From Heterodontus francisci (taxonomy: Eukaryota), in the NCBI RefSeq assembly GCF_036365525.1, contig NC_090398.1:6572001-6636000 (forward strand): DNA of 64,000 nt. The letters run 5' to 3'. The first letter of the stretch is position 1; each line of letters opens with the position of its first letter. Shown one piece after another: positions 34,786-47,678 of the stretch. The position numbers and the translations under genes are program-made. The notes below the pieces were generated by a model that was given only the letters and a program-made list of their open reading frames with translations, did no database searches and was not told where the DNA came from.

Positions 34786-34791
34786 AATAAA
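34786..34791 (+). terminator. SSRP1 polyadenylation signal AATAAA
   Basis: ~280 nt after the stop, followed by T/GT-rich sequence. Confidence 0.8.
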
Positions 34792-34837
34792 GTGATTTTT
34801 GTTTTCCACCGGTTTGAGGTTTTGTAATCAATTATCC

Positions 34838-35787
34838 TAAACATTCACTCCCTCCACCACCGACGCACAGTGGCAGCAGTGAGTACCATCGACAAAATGC
34901 ACTGCAGCAACGCATCTAGGCTCCTCCGAGTGTGCAAGAACAGAGGTGCAGGTGCATCGATCTTTGAAGGTGGTCGGATATATTGAGAGACTGGTTAGTT
35001 AAGCTTATGGGATCTTGGGCTTCATGAACAGAGACATTGAGTACAAAAGCAGGGAAGTCATGCTGAACCTTTATAAAGCTCTGGTTGGGACACAACTGGA
35101 GTATTGTGTCCAGTTCTGGTCACCACACTTCAGGAAGGATGTGAGGGTCCTTGAGAGGGTGCAGAGGAGATTTACACAGAATGGTACCAGGGATGGGGGA
35201 TTTGAGTTACAAGGTTAGGTTGGAAAAGCTGGGGTTGTTTTCCTTAGAGCAAAGGAGATTGAGGGGTGATTTAATAGAGATGTACAAGATACTGACAGGT
35301 TTAGAGAAGTTAAACAAGGAAAAACTGTTCCCAGTAACTGATGGTACAAGGACTGGGAGACACAGATTGAAGATTTTGGGTAAGAGATGCGGTGGGGGGT
35401 GGGTGGTGAAGGGATCTGAGGGAAATCTTTTTTACACAGTGGGTGGTAATGATCTGGAACTCGCTGCCCACGAGGGAGGTGGAAGTGAAGACGGTCAATG
35501 ATTTCTAAAGGAAACTGGATGGGTAATTGAGGGAAATTAACTTGCAGGCTACAGGGATCGAGCGGGGGAGTGGGACTGAGTGGATAGCTCTGCGAAGAGC
35601 TAGCATGAACCCGAATGGCCACCAGCTATGCTGGAAATGACTTAAATGAGAAGCACCTTCCAAACCTGCGACCTCTACCAACTAGAAGGACAAGGGCAGC
35701 AGATGCATAGGAACACCACCACCTGCAAGTTCCCCTCCACACCACACACCATCCTGACTTGGAACGATATCGCCGTTCCCTCACTGT
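34838..35787 (+). mobile_element. Fragment of the 4170-6669 LINE family (34838-34929 and 35652-35787) interrupted by a CR1 3' fragment (34930-35650)
   Basis: NIHSLHHRRTVAAV...RLLR | HLPNLRPLPTRRTRAA halves are contiguous in the 4170 copy; the insert encodes LYKALVGTQLEYCVQFWSP...LEQRRLRGDLIE. Confidence 0.88.
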
Positions 35788-36094
35788 TCTCACCCTGGGG
35801 ATAGATTTGACACGTTCGGCACGTTTTAAAGAAACAGAGACTGGTCCGTGCGATGCGTTTAATAAAAAAAAATTTCACTCACTCGCCTAACAAACGTCAT
35901 GAGCAGAAACATCACCACCGCTGGCTCTTAAATATCCTGGCACAGCAGGATCCCACACACAGCTTCCAGTCGCTGCCCCGATTAATCTTGTGTTTCAAGT
36001 CAGGCACTGAAAAACCCAACAGGCTTGCTCAGAAAATATATAATGCAGGAGGTGTTAAATATCACAGAGTGAGAAGGAGTGACAGGACTACACA

Positions 36095-36215
36095 CAAATC
36101 AAAGTGGAATGAGGTTGTGAAGTTATGGATTTGGTAAGCAAAATAAAGCAGAATATTTTTTTAATGGTGAAAAACTGGGAAATGTTTGCACTGAGAGATC
36201 TGCGTGTCCTTATAC
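36095..36215 (+). mobile_element. Short, highly decayed CR1 fragment
   Basis: Resembles the CEVMHFGRKN...YFLNGEKL...RDLGVL segment of the other CR1 copies. Confidence 0.5.
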
Positions 36216-36227
36216 CTGGTAGCTTCC

Positions 36228-37880
36228 GAGAGAGAGGGGGAGTGAGAGACTCGAGTCAATGTACAGATATCACCCTGAGAGAGAGGGGACTGAGAGACAC
36301 CAGTCAGTGTACAGATATCACCCTGAGAGAGAGGGGACTGAGAGACACCAGTCAGTGTACAGATATCACCCTGAGAGAGAGGGGACTGAGAGACACCAGT
36401 CAGTGTACAGATATCTCCCTGAGAGAGAGGGGACTGAGAGACACCAGTCAGTGTACAGATATCTCCCTGAGAGAGAGGGGAGTGAGAGACACCAGTCAGT
36501 GTACAGATATCACCCTGATAGAGAGGGGACTGAGAGACACCAGTCAGTGTACAGATATCACCCTGATAGAGAGGGGGACTGAGAGACACCAGTCAGTGTA
36601 CAGATATCACCCTGAGAGAGAGGGGACTGAGAGACACCAGTCAGTGTACAGATATCACCCTGAGAGAGAGGGGACTGAGAGACACCAGTCAGTGTACAGA
36701 TATCTCCCTGAGAGAGAGGGGAGTGAGAGACACCAGTCAGTGTACAGATATCTCCCTGAGAGAGAGGGGACTGAGAGACACTAGTCAGTGTACAGATATC
36801 ACCCTGAGAGAGAGGGGACTGAGAGACACCAGTCAGTGTACAGATATCTCCCTGAGAGAGAGGGGACTGAGAGACACCAGTCAGTGTACAGATATCACCC
36901 TGAGAGAGAGGGGACTGAGAGACACCAGTCAGTGTACAGATATCACCCTGAGAGAGAGGGGACTGAGAGACACCAGTCAGTGTACAGATATCTCCCTGAG
37001 AGAGAGGGGACTGAGAGACACCAGTCAGTGTACAGATATCTCCCTGAGAGAGAGGGGAGTGAGAGACACCAGTCAGTGTACAGATATCACCCTGATAGAG
37101 AGGGGACTGAGAGACACCAGTCAGTGTACAGATATCACCCTGATAGAGAGGGGGACTGAGAGACACCAGTCAGTGTACAGATATCACCCTGAGAGAGAGG
37201 GGACTGAGAGACACCAGTCAGTGTACAGATATCACCCTGAGAGAGAGGGGACTGAGAGACACCAGTCAGTGTACAGATATCTCCCTGAGAGAGAGGGGAG
37301 TGAGAGACACCAGTCAGTGTACAGATATCTCCCTGAGAGAGAGGGGACTGAGAGACACTAGTCAGTGTACAGATATCACCCTGAGAGAGAGGGGACTGAG
37401 AGACACCAGTCAGTGTACAGATATCTCCCTGAGAGAGAGGGGGAGTGAGAGACACCAGTCAGTGTACAGATATCACCCTGAGAGAGGGGGGACTGAGAGA
37501 CACCAGTCAGTGTACAGATATCTCCCTGAGAGAGAGGGGACTGAGAGACACCAGTCAGGGTACAGATATCACCCTGAGAGAGAGGGAACTGAGAGACACC
37601 AGTCAGTGTACAGATATCTCCCTGAGAGAGAGGGGGAGTGAGAGACACCAGTCAGTGTACAGATATCACCCTGAGAGAGGGGGGACTGAGAGACACCAGT
37701 CAGTGTACAGATATCTCCCTGAGAGAGAGGGGACTGAGAGACACCAGTCAGTGTACAGATATCACCATGAGAGAGAGGGGACTGAGAGACACCAGTCAGT
37801 GTACAGATATCTCCCTGAGAGAGAGGGGACTGAGAGACACCAGTCAGTGTCCAGATATCACTCAGAGAGAGAGTGACTGA
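36228..37880. repeat. 48-bp minisatellite (GAGAGAGAGGGGACTGAGAGACACCAGTCAGTGTACAGATATCACCCT), ~34 copies with a 577-bp higher-order duplication
   Basis: 16-aa repeat ORFs; same +1 variant at ~36570 and ~37147. Confidence 0.97.
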
Positions 37881-37933
37881 GATGGCAGATGGTGCCGAGG
37901 ATAGTTTTTCCGTTCAGACCATGTCCTGTTCCT

Positions 37934-38362
37934 CTAGCTGTTGACGCCGGTCCGCTCCAGGATATGGAGATCACCGGCTGTTTGTCTGGTGCTGCCTCGG
38001 GACGTGGACCCCCTGCTCAGTCTGCTGAGGCCAATCGGCCCCTCGTCCTCCGTGCTGGCTCCAGGAAATCGCTGGCCCACGTTGCTGGCTCTGGAGAAGC
38101 TTTGCCCCGCTCCCATCTCTGCGCCTGGCTGGCCCTCCAGGCTGTCGAAGTGAGACATGTGGAAGCGCAGCTCCAGCTGCTCGACCATGTGGCGGAGTGT
38201 GATGAATGCCAGCAGAACCTCCGCCAGCAGCAAGGCCAGATAGACAATGCTGGCACCGTACTCCAGCGGCAGGACTGCCAACTTCGGGTTACAGGTGTCG
38301 AACAGGGTCATGGGGATCTGCAGCAGTAGCGTCAGCAGCCAGAACCCAGCTAACTCGGGCAC
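37934..38362 (-). CDS. TMEM17: TMEM17-family transition-zone protein, exon 4 (VPELAGFWLLTLLLQIP...RHMVEQLELRFHMSHFDSL...GVNS*)
   Basis: CAG acceptor 38365-63; matches TMEM17 VPELAGFWLLSLLLQLP...LRKMVNQLAVRFHLQDFD. Confidence 0.93.
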   Translation of the reverse strand: MPELAGFWLLTLLLQIPMTLFDTCNPKLAVLPLEYGASIVYLALLLAEVLLAFITLRHMVEQLELRFHMSHFDSLEGQPGAEMGAGQSFSRASNVGQRFPGASTEDEGPIGLSRLSRGSTSRGSTRQTAGDLHILERTGVNS

Positions 38363-38519
38363 CTGTGGGCAAAGAGGGTGAGAGAGAGGGACAAACTGAG
38401 ACACCCGGGCAGCCACAACCCCCAGTGCCCCAGCCCACCCTGCTCATCACCTCCGGTGCTGGGTTTGACCCCAATGTCGGTTCGACCATTGCCCTCCCCC
38501 TCCCCCTCCCGTCAATTAC

Positions 38520-38633
38520 CTTCTCCTGCAGGTTTCCCATGTAGCCCAGCATGAGCCGTATCACTTCAACCAAGGTCATCATGGTAAGCAGGGCACTGAG
38601 GACAATGCGGTAGTAGTTGCTGAGCACTGGGTA
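38520..38633 (-). CDS. TMEM17: TMEM17-family exon 3 (YPVLSNYYRIVLSALLTMMTLVEVIRLMLGYMGNLQEK)
   Basis: CAG acceptor, GTAAT donor, 114 nt phase 0; IRLxLGYxGNLQEK family motif. Confidence 0.95.
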
Positions 38634-38679
38634 CTGGGGACAGAGAGAAACGATCACTGAATCTCTGTGCCAGAGCACG

Positions 38680-39245
38680 CTGAAAGCCCACTGATACCCA
38701 CCGGAATCAGCTGCCATAATTCCCGAACTCACTGAATTCCCACTGACACCAACCCGAATCAGCTCCGATAATACCCGATCTCAGTGAATTGCCACTGACA
38801 CCCACCGAAATCAGCTCTGATAATACCCAATCTCAGCGAATTCAACTGATACCCACAGTAATCAGCTGCCATAATTCCAGAACTCACTGAATTCCCACTG
38901 ACACCAACCCGAATCAGCTCCGATAATACCTGATCTCAGTGAATTCCCACTGACACCCACCGAAATCAGCTCTGATAATACCCAATCTCACCGAATTCCC
39001 ACTGACGCCCACCCGAATCAGCTCCGATAATACCCAATCTCACCGAATTCCCACTGATACCCACTGGAATCAGCTCTGATAATACCCAATCTCACCGAAT
39101 TCAACTGATACCCACCGGAATCAGCTCCGATAATACCCAAACTCACTGAATTCCCACTGATCCCCACCGGAATCAGCTCCGATAATACCCGAGCTCACTG
39201 AATTCCCACTGACACCCACCGGAATCAGCTCCGATAATACCCGAC
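38680..39245. repeat. 52-bp minisatellite (GAATTCCCACTGACACCCACCGGAATCAGCTCCGATAATACCCAATCTCACT), ~11 copies
   Basis: Tandem periodicity. Confidence 0.93.
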
Positions 39246-39292
39246 CCACACCGGGACTGAGAATGGCAATGGTGTAACAAATGGGGAGAATA

Positions 39293-39400
39293 TTAGAACA
39301 TAAGAAACAGGAGAAAGAGTAGGCCATTTAGCCCCTCGGGCCTGCTCGATCATTTCAAAGAGCATGGCCAATCTTCAACTTCAAGGACACCTTCACACCC
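39293..39400 (-). mobile_element. CR1 3'-end fragment
   Basis: AGAACATAAGAAACAGGAGAAAGAGTAGGCCATTTAGCCCCTCGGGCCTGCTC is the reverse complement of a CR1 tail. Confidence 0.7.
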
Positions 39401-39467
39401 AATTAAGTAGGTAGTCTTGGGGGAGGGGGCGGGGGTGGTGGTGATGTCACCAGGAGTCATTAGACGA

Positions 39468-40858
39468 CGATCAGGAGCAGGAACCCTGGCTGATTTCCCC
39501 TCTCTCTCTAACCCAGGGATCACTGGACAGTGAACAGGAGCAGGAACCCTGGCTGATTCCCCTCTCTAACCCAGGGGTCACTGGACAGTGATCAGGAGCA
39601 GGAACCCTGGCTGATTTCCCCTCTCTCTCTCTAACCCAGGGGTCACTGCACAGTGATCAGGAGCAGGAACCCTGGCTGATTTCCCCCTCTCTCTCTAACC
39701 CAGGGGTCACTGCACAGTGATCAGGAGCAGGAACCCTGGCCGATTTCCCTCTCTCTCTATAATCCAGGAGTGACTGGACAGTGATTAGGAGCAGGAACCC
39801 TGGCTGATTTCCCTCTCTCTCTATAATCCAGGAGTCACTGGACAGTGATCAGGAGCAGGAACCCTGGCTGATTTCCCTCTCTCTATAATCCAGGAGTGAC
39901 TGGACAGTGATTAGGAGCAGGAACCCTGGCTGATTTCCCCTCTCTCTGTTATCCAGGGGTCACTGCACAGTGATCAGGAGCAGGAACCCTGGCTGATTTC
40001 CCTCTCTCTCTATAATCCAGGAGTCACTGGACAGTGATTAGGAGCAGGAACCCTGGCTGATTTCCCTCTCTCGCTATAGTCCAGGGGTCACTGCACAGTG
40101 ATCAGGAGCAGGAACCCTGGCTGATTTCCCTCTCTCTATATAATCCAGGAGTCACTGGACAGCGATTAGAGATACAGCACTGAAACAGGCCCTTCGGCCC
40201 ACCGAGTCTGTGCCGAACATCAACCACCCATTTTATACTAATCCTACACTAATCCCATATTCCCAACAAACATCCCCACCTATCCCTATATTTCCCTACC
40301 ACCTACCTATACTAGTGACAATTTATAATGGCCAATTTACCTATCAACCTGCAAGTCTTTTGGCTTGTGGGAGGAAACTGGAGCACCCGGAGAAAACCCA
40401 CACAGACACAGGGAGAACTTGCAAACTCCACACACGCAGTACCCGGAATCGAACCCGGGTCCCTGGAGCTGTGAGGCTGCGGTGCTAACCACTGCGCCAC
40501 TGTGCCGCCCTAATCAGGAGCAGGAACCCTGGCTGATTTCCCTTCTCTCTCTATAGTCCAGGAGTCACTGGACAGTAATCAGGAGCAGGAACACTGGCTG
40601 ATTTCCCTCTCTCTCTATAATCCAGGAGTCACTGGACAGTAATCAGGAGCAGGAACACTGGCTGATTTCCCTCTCTCTCTATAATCCAGGAGTCACTGGA
40701 CAGTAATCAGGAGCAGGAACACTGGCTGATTTCCCTCTCTCTCTATAATCCAGGAGTCACTGGACAGTAATCAGGAGCAGGAACACTGTCTGATTTCCCT
40801 CTCTCTCTAGTCCAGGAGTGACTGGACAGTGATTAGGAGCAGGAACCCTGGCTGATTG
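39468..40858. repeat. ~62-64-bp minisatellite (CAGGAGCAGGAACCCTGGCTGATTTCCCTCTCTCTCTATAATCCAGGAGTCACTGGACAGTGAT), split by a SINE
   Basis: Tandem units on both sides of 40166-40510. Confidence 0.94.
40166..40510 (-). mobile_element. Full-length HE1-like V-SINE
   Basis: Reverse complement of the 11203-11544 family; intact A-box TGGCGCAGTGG and B-box GGTTCGATTCC. Confidence 0.92.
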
Positions 40859-40985
40859 CCTATCTGGTTGGTGACGAAATTTGAGGCTGGTTTCTGGAAG
40901 GTGCTGGAGCAGAGTCTGACCCACACTGTCTGGGTGTACGGGAGATCATCGAGTGTCTCAGGATCCTCAATTGCCTGTAACGTAC

Positions 40986-41089
40986 CTTCAGCTGCACCAT
41001 GGTGACTTTACACGCCCACCAGAATGGGTAGAAGTAGAGGTTAAAGTAGAGGCACATCTGTAGGGGCAGACTCGAGGATACCTGCTGTC
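40986..41089 (-). CDS. TMEM17: TMEM17-family exon 2 (GQQVSSSLPLQMCLYFNLYFYPFWWACKVTMVQLK)
   Basis: TAG acceptor, GTAC donor, 104 nt; matches SSLALQMSLYFNTYYFPLWW. Confidence 0.95.
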
Positions 41090-41149
41090 CTACAGAGAGA
41101 GAGATTATAGGGTCAAAATACATCCACCATTTTCACTGCCTCCCTATCC

Positions 41150-41613
41150 GCTAACACATCCATTCAAAAATTCACATCTTCCCGTTCAAATCCCCTCCAT
41201 GGCCTCAATCCTCCCCCTCTCTGTAATCTCCTCCAGACCCGACACCGCTCCCCCTCTCTGTAATCTCCTGCAGACCCGACAACCCTCCCCCTCTCTGTAA
41301 TCTCCTCCAGACCCTACAGCCCTCCCCCTCTCTGTAATCCTCTGCAGACCCGACAACCCTCCCCCTCTCTGTAATCTCCTCCAGACCCGTCAACTCCCCG
41401 CCTCTCTGTAATCTCCTCCAGACCCGACAACCCTCCCCCTCTCTGTAATCTCCTCCAGACCCTACACCCCTCCCCCTCTCTGTAATCCTCTGCAGACCCG
41501 ACAACCCTCCCCCTCTCTGTAATCTCCTCCAGACCCGACAACTCCCCGCCTCTCTGTAATCTCCTCCAGACCCTACACCCCTCCCCCTCTCTGTAATCTC
41601 CTCCAGACCCGAC
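41150..41613 (+). repeat. L2 fragment ending in a 37-bp minisatellite (CTCCCCCTCTCTGTAATCTCCTCCAGACCCGACAACC), ~11 copies
   Basis: Same unit and same upstream L2 context as 62300-64000. Confidence 0.9.
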
Positions 41614-41616
41614 AAT

Positions 41617-44600
41617 GTCATTAGGGACATTGGGTTAGGGTCAGTCATTAGGGACAGTGGGTTAGGATCAGTCATTAGGGACATTGGGTTAGGGTCAGTC
41701 ATTAGGGACATTGGGTTAGGATCAGTGATTAGGGACATTGGGTTAGGATCAGTCATTAGGGACAGTGGGTTAGGATTAGTCATTAGGGACATTGGGTTAG
41801 GATTAGTCATTAGGGACAGTGGGATAGGATCAGTCATTAGGGACATTGGGTTAGGATCAGTCATTAGGGACATTGGGTTAGGGTCAGTCATTAGGGACAT
41901 TGGGTTAGGGTCAGTCATTAGGGACATTGGGTTAGGGTCAGTCATTAGGGACATTGGGTTAGGATCAGTCATTAGGGACATTGGGTTAGGATCAGTCATT
42001 AGGGACATTGGGTTAGGATCAGTCATTAGGGACATTGGGTTAGGATCAGTCATTAGGGACAGTGGGTTAGGATCAGTCATTAGGGACAGTGGGTTAGGAT
42101 CAGTCATTAGGGACAGTGGGTTAGGATCAGTCATTAGGGACAGTGGGTTAGGATCAGTCATTAGGGACATTGGGTTAGGATCAGTCATTAGGGACATTGG
42201 GTTAGGATCAGTCATTAGGGACATTGGGTTAGGATCAGTGATTAGGGACATTGGGTTAGGATTAGTCATTAGGGACATTGGGTTAGGATCAGTCATTAGG
42301 GACATTGGGTTAGGATCAGTCATTAGGGACATTGGGTTAGGATCAGTCATTAGGGACATTGGGTTAGGATTAGTCATTAGGGACATTGGGTTAGGATCAG
42401 TCATTAGGGACATTGGGTTAGGATCAGTGATTAGGGACATTGGGTTAGGATTAGTCATTAGGGACATTGGGTTAGGGTCAGTGATTAGGGACATTGGGTT
42501 AGGGTCAGTCATTAGGGACATTGGGTTAGGATCAGTCATTAGGGACATTGGGTTAGGATCAGTCATTAGGGACAGTGGGTTAGGATTAGTCATTAGGGAC
42601 ATTGGGTTAGGATCAGTCATTAGGGACATTGGGTTAGGATTAGTCATTAGGGACATTGGGTTAGGGTCAGTGATTAGGGACATTGGGTTAGGATCAGTGA
42701 TTAGGGACATTGGGTTAGGATTAGTCATTAGGGACATTGGGTTAGGGTCAGTGATTAGGGACATTGGGTTAGGATCAGTGATTAGGGACATTGGGTTAGG
42801 ATTAGTCATTAGGGACATTGGGTTAGGATCAGTCATTAGGGACATTGGGTTAGGATTAGTCATTAGGGACATTGGGTTAGGGTCAGTGATTAGGGACATT
42901 GGGTTAGGATCAGTGATTAGGGACATTGGGTTAGGATTAGTCATTAGGGACATTGGGTTAGGATCAGTCATTAGGGACATTGGGTTAGGATCAGTGATTA
43001 AGGACATTGGGTTAGGGTCAGTCTTTGGGGACATTGGGTTAGGGTCAGTGATTAGGGACATTGGGTTAGGGTCAGTGATTAGGGACAATGGGTTAGGATC
43101 AGTCTTTAGGGACATTGGGTTAGGGTCAGTGATTAGGGATAATGGGTTAGGGTCAGTCTTTAGGGACATTGGGTTAGGGTCAGTGATTAGGGACATTGGG
43201 TTAGGGTCAGTGATTAGGGACAATGGGTTAGGATCAGTCTTTAGGGACATTGGGTTAGGGTCAGTGATTAGGGACATTGGGTTAGGGTCAGTGATTAAGG
43301 ACATTGGGTTAGGGTCAGTCTTTGGGGACATTGGGTTAGGGTCAGTGATTAGGGACATTGGGTTAGGATCAGTGATTAGGGACATTGTGTTTGGGTCAGT
43401 GATTAGGGACATTGGGTAAGGGTCAGTGATTAGGGACATTGGGTTAGGATCAGTCTTTAGGGACATTGGGTTAGGGTCAGTGATGAGGGACATTGGGTTA
43501 GGATCAGTCTTTAGGGACATTGGGTTAGGGTCAGTGATTAGGGACATTCGGTTAGGATCAGTCTTTAGGGACATTGGGTAACGGTCAGTGATTAGGGACA
43601 TTGGGTTAGGGTCAGTGATTAGGGACATTGGGTTAGGATCAGTCTTTAGGGACATTGGGTTAGGGTCAGTGATTAGGGACATTGGGTTAGGATCAGTCTT
43701 TGGGGACATTGGGTTAGGGTCAGTCTTTAGGGACATTGGGTTAGGGTCAGTGATTAGGGACATTGGGTTAGGGTCAGTCTTTAGGGACATTGGGTTAGGG
43801 TCAGTGATTAGGGACATTGGGTTAGGGTCAGTCTTTAGGGACATTGGGTTAGGATCAGTCTTTGGGGACATTGGGTTAGGGTCAGTGATTAAGGACATTG
43901 GGTTAGGGTCAGTGATTAGGGACAATGGGTTAGGGTCAGTGATTAGGGACATTGGGTTAGGGTCAGTGATTAGGGACATTGGGTTCGGATCAGTCTTTGG
44001 GGACATTGGGTTAGGGTCAGTCTTTAGGGACATTGGGTTAGGGTCAGTGATTAGGGACATTGGGTTAGGATCAGTCTTTGGGGACATTGGGTTAGGGTCA
44101 GTCTTTAGGGACATTGGGTTAGGGTCAGTGATTAGGGACATTGGGTTAGGGTCAGTCTTTAGGGACATTGGGTTAGGGTCAGTGATTAGGGACATTGGGT
44201 TAGGGTCAGTCTTTAGGGACATTGGGTTAGGGTCAGTGATTAGGGTCAGTGATTAGGGACATTGGGTTAGGGTCAGTCTTTAGGGACATTGGGTTAGGGT
44301 CAGTGATTAGGGACATTGGGTTAGGGTCAGTCTTTAGGGACATTGGGTTAGGATCAGTGATTAGGGTCAGTGATTAGGGACATTGGGTTAGGGTCAGTCT
44401 TTAGGGACATTGGGTTAGGGTCAGTGATTAGGGACATTGGGTTAGGGTCAGTCTTTAGGGACATTGGGTTAGGATCAGTCTTTAGGGACATTGGGTTAGG
44501 GTCAGTGATTAGGGACATTGGGTTAGGGTCAGTCTTTAGGGACATTGGGTTAGGGTCAGTGATTAGGGACATTGGGTTCGGGTCAGTGATTAGGGTCAGT

Positions 44601-47600
44601 GATTAGGGACATTGGGTTAGGGTCAGTCTTTAGGGACATTGGGTTAGGATCAGTCTTTAGGGACATTGGGTTAGGGTCAGTGATTAGGGACATTGGGTTA
44701 GGATCAGTCTTTAGGGACATTGGGTTAGGGTCAGTGATTAGGGACATTGGGTTAGGGTCAGTCTTTAGGGACATTGGGTTAGGATCAGTGATTAGGGACA
44801 TTGGGTTAGGGTCAGTCTTTAGGGACATTGGGTTAGGATCAGTCTTTAGGGACATTGGGTTAGGGTCAGTGATTAGGGACATTGGGTTAGGGTCAGTCTT
44901 TAGGGACATTGGGTTAGGGTCAGTGATTAGGGACATTGGGTTAGGGTCAGTCTTTAGGGACATTGGGTTAGGGTCAGTGATTAGGGACATTGGGTTAGGA
45001 TCAGTCATTAGGGACATTGGGTTAGGATTAGTCATTAGGGACAGTGGGATAGGATCAGTCATTAGGGACATTGGGTTAGGGTCAGTGAGTTGGGACATTG
45101 GGTTAGGATCAGTCATTAGGGACATTGGGTTAGGATCAGTCATTAGGGACAGTGGGATAGGATCAGTGATTAGGGACATTGGGTTAGGATCAGTCATTAG
45201 GGACATTGGGTTAGGATCAGTCATTAGTGACAGTGGGTTAGGATCAGTCATTAGGGACATGGAGTTAGGGTCAGTGATTAGGGACATCGGGTTAGGGTCA
45301 GTGATTAGGGACATTGGGTTAGGGTCAGTGAGTAGGGACATTGGGTTAGGGTCAGTGATTAGGGACATTGGGTTAGGGTCAGTGTTTAGGGACATTGGGT
45401 TAGGGTCAGTGATTAGGGACATTGGGTTAGGATCAGTCTTTAGGGACATTGGGTTAGGATCAATGAGTAGGGACATTGGGTTAGGGTCAGTGATTAGGGA
45501 CATTGGGTTAGGGTCAGTGAGTAGGGACATTGGGTTAGGGTCAGTGTTTAGGGACATTGGGTTAGGGTCAGTGATTAGGGACATTGGGTTAGGATCAGTC
45601 TTTAGGGACATTGGGTTAGGATCAATGAGTAGGGACATTGGGTTAGGGTCAGTCTTTAGTGACATTGGGTTAGGGTCAGTGATTAGGGACATTGGGTTAG
45701 GGTCAGTGAGTAGGGACATTGGGTTAGGGTCAGTCTTTAGGGACATTGGGTTAGGATCAGTGATTAGGGACATTGGGTTAGGATCAGTCTTTAGGGACAT
45801 TGGGTTAGGGTCAGTGATTAGGGACATTGGGTTAGGGTCAGTCTTTAGGGACATTGGGTTAGGGTCAGTGATTAGGGACATTGGGTAAGGGTCAGTGATT
45901 AAGGACAGTGGGTAAGGGTCAGTGATTAGGGATAATGGGTTAGGGTCAGTCTTTAGGGACCTTGGGTTAGGGTCAGTGATTAGGGACAATGGGTTAGGAT
46001 CAGTCTTTAGGGACATTGGGTTAGGGTCAGTGATTAGGGACATTGGGTTAGGGTCAGTGATTAAGGACATTGGGTTAGGGTCAGTCTTTGGGGACATTGG
46101 GTTAGGGTCAGTGATTAGGGACATTGGGTTAGGATCAGTCTTTAGGGACATTGGGTAAGGGTCAGTGATTAGGGACATTGGGTTAGGGTCAGTGATTAGG
46201 GACATTGGGTTAGGATCAGTCTTTAGGGACATTGGGTTAGGGTCAGTGATTAACGACATTGGGTTAGGATCAGTCTTTGGGGACATTGGGTTAGGGTCAG
46301 TCTTTAGGGACATTGGATTAGGGTCAGTGATTAGGGACATTGGGTTAGGGTCAGTCTTTAGGGACATTGGGTTAGGGTCAGTGATTAGGGACATTGGGTT
46401 AGGGTCAGTCTTTAGGGACATTGGGTTAGGATCAGTCTTTGGGGACATTGGGTTAGGGTCAGTGATTAAGGACATTGGGTTAGGGTCAGTGATTAGGGAC
46501 AATGGGTTAGGGTCAGTGATTAGGGACATTGGGTTAGGGTCAGTGATTAGGGACATTGGGTTAGGATCAGTTTTTGGGGACATTGGGTTAGGGTCAGTCT
46601 TTAGGGACATTGGGTTAGGGTCAGTGATTAGGGACATTGGGTTAGGGTCAGTGATTAGGGACATTGGGTTAGGATCAGTCTTTGGGGACATTGGGTTAGG
46701 GTCAGTCTTTAGGGACATTGGGTTAGGGTCAGTGATTAGGGACATTGGGTTAGGGTCAGTCTTTAGGGACATTGGGTTAGGATCAGTCTTTAGGGACATT
46801 GGGTTAGGGTCAGTGATTAGGGACATTGGGTTAGGGTCAGTCTTTAGGGACATTGGGTTAGGGTCAGTGATTAGGGTCAGTGATTAGGGACATTGGGTTA
46901 GGGTCAGTCTTTAGGGACATTGGGTTAGGGTCAGTGATTAGGGACATTGGGTTAGGGTCAGTCTTTAGGGACATTGGGTTAGGATCAGTCTTTAGGGACA
47001 TTGGGTTAGGGTCCGTGATTAGGGACATTGGGTTAGGGTCAGTCTTTAGGGACATTGGGTTAGGGTCAGTGATTAGGGACATTGGGTTAGGGTCAGTGAT
47101 TAGGGTCAGTGATTAGGGACATTGGGTTAGGGTCAGTCTTTAGGGACATTGGGTTAGGGTCAGTGATTAGGGACATTGGGTTAGGATCAGTCTTTAGGGA
47201 CATTGGGTTAGGGTCAGTGATTAGGGACATTGGGTTAGGGTCAGTCTTTAGGGACATTGGGTTAGGATCAGTGATTAGGGACATTGGGTTAGGGTCAGTC
47301 TTTAGGGACATTGGGTTAGGATCAGTCTTTAGGGACATTGGGTTAGGGTCAGTGATTAGGGACATTGGGTTAGGGTCAGTCTTTAGGGACATTGGGTTAG
47401 GGTCAGTGATTAGGGACATTGGGTTAGGGTCAGTCTTTAGGGACATTGGGTTAGGGTCAGTGATTAGGGACATTGGGTTAGGGTCAGTATTTAGGGACAT
47501 TGGGTTAGGATCAGTCTTTAGGGACATTGGGTTAGGGTCAGTGATTAGGGACATTGGGTTAGGATCAGTCTTTAGGGACATTGGGTTAGGATCAGTGATT

Positions 47601-47678
47601 CGGGACATTGGGTTAGGGTCAGTCTTTAGGGACATTGGGTTAGGATCAGTCTTTAGGGACATTGGGTTAGGGTCAGTG
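41617..47678. repeat. 27-bp telomere-like minisatellite (GGGTTAGGGTCAGTGATTAGGGACATT), ~225 copies
   Basis: 9-aa repeat ORFs; up to two TTAGGG per unit. Confidence 0.98.

Noticed and set aside
41617-47678. True interstitial telomere or fusion site
   Set aside because: No runs of consecutive (TTAGGG)n and no head-to-head inversion; it is a minisatellite containing the motif.
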